7,521 nucleotides of DNA from a virus (Duplodnaviria; Heunggongvirae; Uroviricota; Caudoviricetes): positions 1 to 7,521 of the IMG/VR virus record IMGVR_UViG_3300029214_000136. One strand, written 5' to 3'. The notes below the pieces were generated by a model. The model saw only the letters and a program-made list of their open reading frames with translations, did not search any database and was not told the origin of the DNA. The position numbers and the translations under genes were made by a program. Of the stretch, positions 5,039-7,521 are shown in pieces (position 1 is the first letter of the stretch; each line of letters starts with the position of its first letter).

Positions 5039-6253
5039 ATGACAATTGCTGATGACTTATCAAGATTAGCGCAGATTATTAACGGAGCCTCAAGCAGAGT
5101 TGAGGGCTACTACACTGTCATAAGTCTTGAAGAAAGCATTGTTATTGTAAATAGTTCTGAAATAATTAGACTGTTACAATCTATAGGTTATAAAAAGGCA
5201 ACAACCTGCATCGAAAATAATGAAATTTGGCTAGATCGCCAAGCTTCATCTTGGGATGATGCTATAATTTATGAGAATGTTGAGTCTTTTTGGTCTAGAG
5301 TAAACACCCAAAACGCTCTTCCGAAAAATTATATCATCGGAACGCCGTTAATACTCCCTACTTCTAAGAATGAAAGCATCGAAAAAATCCATATTTTCTT
5401 TATGTGGAAAGATATCCTTTCATTAATTTCTGATCATCATAACAGTGACTGCTCTGTCTTATTTTTCACCAATGAAGACAAAAGTTATACAGTCGAACTC
5501 ACGCATTTTTTACAATATAGCGAGATTAATCGCTTATCGAACTCGTCTCTTAAATATGAAATTATAAAGGAGCTTCTCGACACAATAAAAATCAATGATT
5601 TACACAAAAGCGAGCGCAAGCTCGTTATACGCTCAGCCATAAACGAAGTATTTAAAGCAAATGGTACGTTCAATTTCTTTGACTTGCTTAACTCTACTGA
5701 ACTCGTCAGGAAAAAATATGATGAACTATATGAGATTTACACAAAGAGGTTTTCTGTAAATAAAATTCTTAACGAACTCGATGAGAAAAATCTTGAGTTC
5801 ACGAGTAAAATTAACGAATTCATATCATCTAATCAGACAAAAGCATTGACTATTCCCGGTGCATTAATAGCAGCTGGTGGCTTAGTGAAGGCTAATGAAA
5901 CAACCGAAGCAATATTGATTATCGCAGGACTTTGGATGATAAAAAAAGTCAATTACATTTCTATTGAGATATTCAATGAAACATTCGACAACTTACGTTC
6001 TCGAGTGGAGTCCGCTTTCGATAAGTATTTAAAGTTTGAAGAAAATAAAGAAATCAAAGATAATGCAGATAGTATTAAGAGTAGCATTACAGGTTTGATT
6101 GATAAAGCTAAAAAAAGGATGAGAACTGTTAAATATCTCGCATCAGCCATGTTTTATGGAGGCCTTATTTACGTTGGATATAAACAGTTCCCAGTCTTTT
6201 TTGAAAAATCGGCAGTAAATCTATTTTATTTTTTATGCCATACTATAAGCTAA
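5039..6253 (+). CDS. Hypothetical protein (404 aa) with hydrophobic, possibly membrane-associated segments; translationally coupled to ORF A
   Basis: The start ATG is 2 nt after the ORF A stop (TAATAATG). Hydrophobic stretches occur at about residues 268-300 (ALTIPGALIAAGGLV...AILIIAGLWMI) and 366-380 (LASAMFYGGLIYVGY). I recognise no catalytic motif. Confidence 0.8.
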   Translation: MTIADDLSRLAQIINGASSRVEGYYTVISLEESIVIVNSSEIIRLLQSIGYKKATTCIENNEIWLDRQASSWDDAIIYENVESFWSRVNTQNALPKNYIIGTPLILPTSKNESIEKIHIFFMWKDILSLISDHHNSDCSVLFFTNEDKSYTVELTHFLQYSEINRLSNSSLKYEIIKELLDTIKINDLHKSERKLVIRSAINEVFKANGTFNFFDLLNSTELVRKKYDELYEIYTKRFSVNKILNELDEKNLEFTSKINEFISSNQTKALTIPGALIAAGGLVKANETTEAILIIAGLWMIKKVNYISIEIFNETFDNLRSRVESAFDKYLKFEENKEIKDNADSIKSSITGLIDKAKKRMRTVKYLASAMFYGGLIYVGYKQFPVFFEKSAVNLFYFLCHTIS

Positions 6254-6589
6254 CATTGCTAAACAGCCATCAACAAACCCCATTGCAGTTTGCAGTTCCT
6301 TCCTAATTGTGCCATCAGAGCATTTTCTCTTCTTCGCAATAGTGCGTAATGAGATACCGATAACAAAGTGGGCGATGATGAGCTCATATTCCTCTGGTTT
6401 ATACCTTCTCAACCGAGCCACACAACTGTCTATCATGATGCCTTCGTCATCATCACACTGAATCCGTGACTTTTTGCCATGAGGTAAAAGTCCCTTGAAA
6501 CCAGCCGCTATCGGCTGCCAGTCCACTCCGCTATTGTCTGAAGCAGCCCAAGCTCCCCAACGATCCATTACTTCATACATATCACGCAT
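6233..6589 (-). CDS. Late-gene antiterminator of the Q family (QuuD / phage 82 Q-like), 118 aa
   Basis: The translation MRDMYEVMDRWGAWAA...WQPIAAGFKGLLP...RIQCDDDEGIMIDSCVARL...CSDGTIRKELQTAMGFVDGCL matches the pattern I recall for QuuD (LERWGAWAA...IAAGFKGL...CDDD...CSDG...LQKAEG). The ATG at 6589 has a GGAGA RBS; the track ORF begins at a TTG at 6604. Confidence 0.85.
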   Translation of the reverse strand: MRDMYEVMDRWGAWAASDNSGVDWQPIAAGFKGLLPHGKKSRIQCDDDEGIMIDSCVARLRRYKPEEYELIIAHFVIGISLRTIAKKRKCSDGTIRKELQTAMGFVDGCLAMLAYSMA

Positions 6590-6606
6590 CAACTTTCTCC
6601 ACAAAA

Positions 6607-7506
6607 TCAGGCCAGCACACCAATTGCCAGCGCACGATCGATAAAACGAAATATCAACTCCAGCTGGGAGCCATACTTCTCTTCAAATGCCACGGTATCC
6701 GCATGCAGCTCGTCGTGATGCTTTCTGCACAAAGGCAGCACAAAGAATCGGGATTCGAAGAAATGCGGCTGCGTCTCGCGCGGATTTGCGGGACTGGTGA
6801 TGTTCTTGCCGAACATGCAGCCTTTCGCCGTCAGCGACCAGAATTTTTTGATGTTGTTAATCGCGGTACGGCTGTATCGTTCGCGCTGCTCGACGATCCC
6901 CAGCTTCACCATCTGGTGATATGCCTGATTAGCTGTCAGGCGGATACCATACTGCTTCAGCAGTGCACTCAGTGACAGCGTGGGGCGGCTTGAGCCATCA
7001 GGCGCGTCAGCAGGAGCATCAATGGCATAGCGCGGTGCCAGATTCGGTAAGCCAACAGCCTCCTGGAGTTTCTGACAGGCTCCAAGCACTGAAGAGTTAG
7101 ACAGATTTAACTCCCGGCGCATAAAGTCCAGCAGAATCACGCCAGCCTGCATCTTGTCAGCAGCCTGTCCGGATAATTTTTCAGGTGCGCTGGTTACCAT
7201 GTCGAAAGTACGGATCACCTTCAGATGGAATGACGGGCTGATCCACATTGCATAGGCATACACCAGTTCTTTGCAGACATACGTCCCCTGGTTATTTCCG
7301 CCACGAATAACGTTAACTGGCTCTATATTGACCGAGTTGCAAATCTGCAACTCGCTTATTAAACGTTCAGTTTGCTCATTGCGGAGCCAGAATGCAGGCT
7401 TATGCTTATCCAGAGAACCGGCAGCCCTGTGCAGATCGTTCAGGCTGTAACGACCATAAGCATCACGACGAACTTCAATACCATCAATGACCATCAGATT
7501 ATTCAT
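6607..7506 (-). CDS. KilA-N domain protein (phage antirepressor or Roi-like), 299 aa
   Basis: The N-terminus MNNLMVIDGIEVRRDAYGRYSLNDLHRAAG...KPAFWLRNEQTERLI fits the KilA-N pattern. A GAGGAG RBS lies upstream of the ATG at 7506, and the stop at 6607-6609 leaves about 17 nt before the Q start at 6589. Its position just upstream of Q is typical for lambdoid nin/ant region genes. Confidence 0.7.
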   Translation of the reverse strand: MNNLMVIDGIEVRRDAYGRYSLNDLHRAAGSLDKHKPAFWLRNEQTERLISELQICNSVNIEPVNVIRGGNNQGTYVCKELVYAYAMWISPSFHLKVIRTFDMVTSAPEKLSGQAADKMQAGVILLDFMRRELNLSNSSVLGACQKLQEAVGLPNLAPRYAIDAPADAPDGSSRPTLSLSALLKQYGIRLTANQAYHQMVKLGIVEQRERYSRTAINNIKKFWSLTAKGCMFGKNITSPANPRETQPHFFESRFFVLPLCRKHHDELHADTVAFEEKYGSQLELIFRFIDRALAIGVLA

Positions 7507-7521
7507 ACTTCGTTTCTCCTC

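Larger units (their letters stand above)
166..7521. mobile_element. Prophage DNA: e14-like right-end module (to ~2770) and lambdoid late/lysis region (2799-7521), separated by an assembly gap
   Basis: Gene content is mcrA, pinE, invertible tail-fibre cassette, endolysin, holin, Q antiterminator and KilA-N protein, next to an icd fragment that marks the integration site. Confidence 0.85.

Noticed and set aside
4583-6150. Minus-strand ORFs 4583-4771, 5485-5673 and 5953-6150 inside ORF A/B
   Set aside because: They are antisense to the long cargo ORFs and are short with low-complexity translations.
3861-6253. Possibility that the Q-S cargo is a Shiga-toxin (stxAB) or other known toxin locus
   Set aside because: Sizes (391 and 404 aa against about 315 and 89 aa), orientation opposite to late transcription, and translations with no resemblance to StxA/StxB or signal peptides argue against it.
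6703-6975. Plus-strand ORF of 90 aa
   Set aside because: It is antisense to the KilA-N gene.
1-7521. CRISPR arrays, tRNA or rRNA genes
   Set aside because: No regularly spaced direct repeats and no tRNA-like cloverleaf or rRNA-like sequence were noticed anywhere in the window.

Overview
The window is prophage DNA of an Escherichia/enterobacterial type, in two blocks joined by a 28-nt run of N (2771-2798). The left block (1-2770) is the right end of an e14-like element integrated at icd: a displaced icd 3' fragment, mcrA, pinE, a pix inversion site and a silent stf'/tfa' tail-fibre cassette. The right block (2799-7521) is a lambdoid late region on the minus strand: a KilA-N protein, a Q-family antiterminator, a tR'-like terminator, a holin and a lambda-R-like endolysin cut off by the N run. 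Between Q and the terminator/holin lies a visibly AT-rich ~2.5 kb insertion carrying two tightly coupled plus-strand genes: ORF A (391 aa, zinc ribbon plus NdpA/YejK-like domain) and ORF B (404 aa, no motif I recognise, hydrophobic segments). This pair, sitting in the classical Q-S cargo hotspot, is my candidate for an undescribed accessory or defence system. All homology statements come from reading the translations against remembered sequences; no searches were run.
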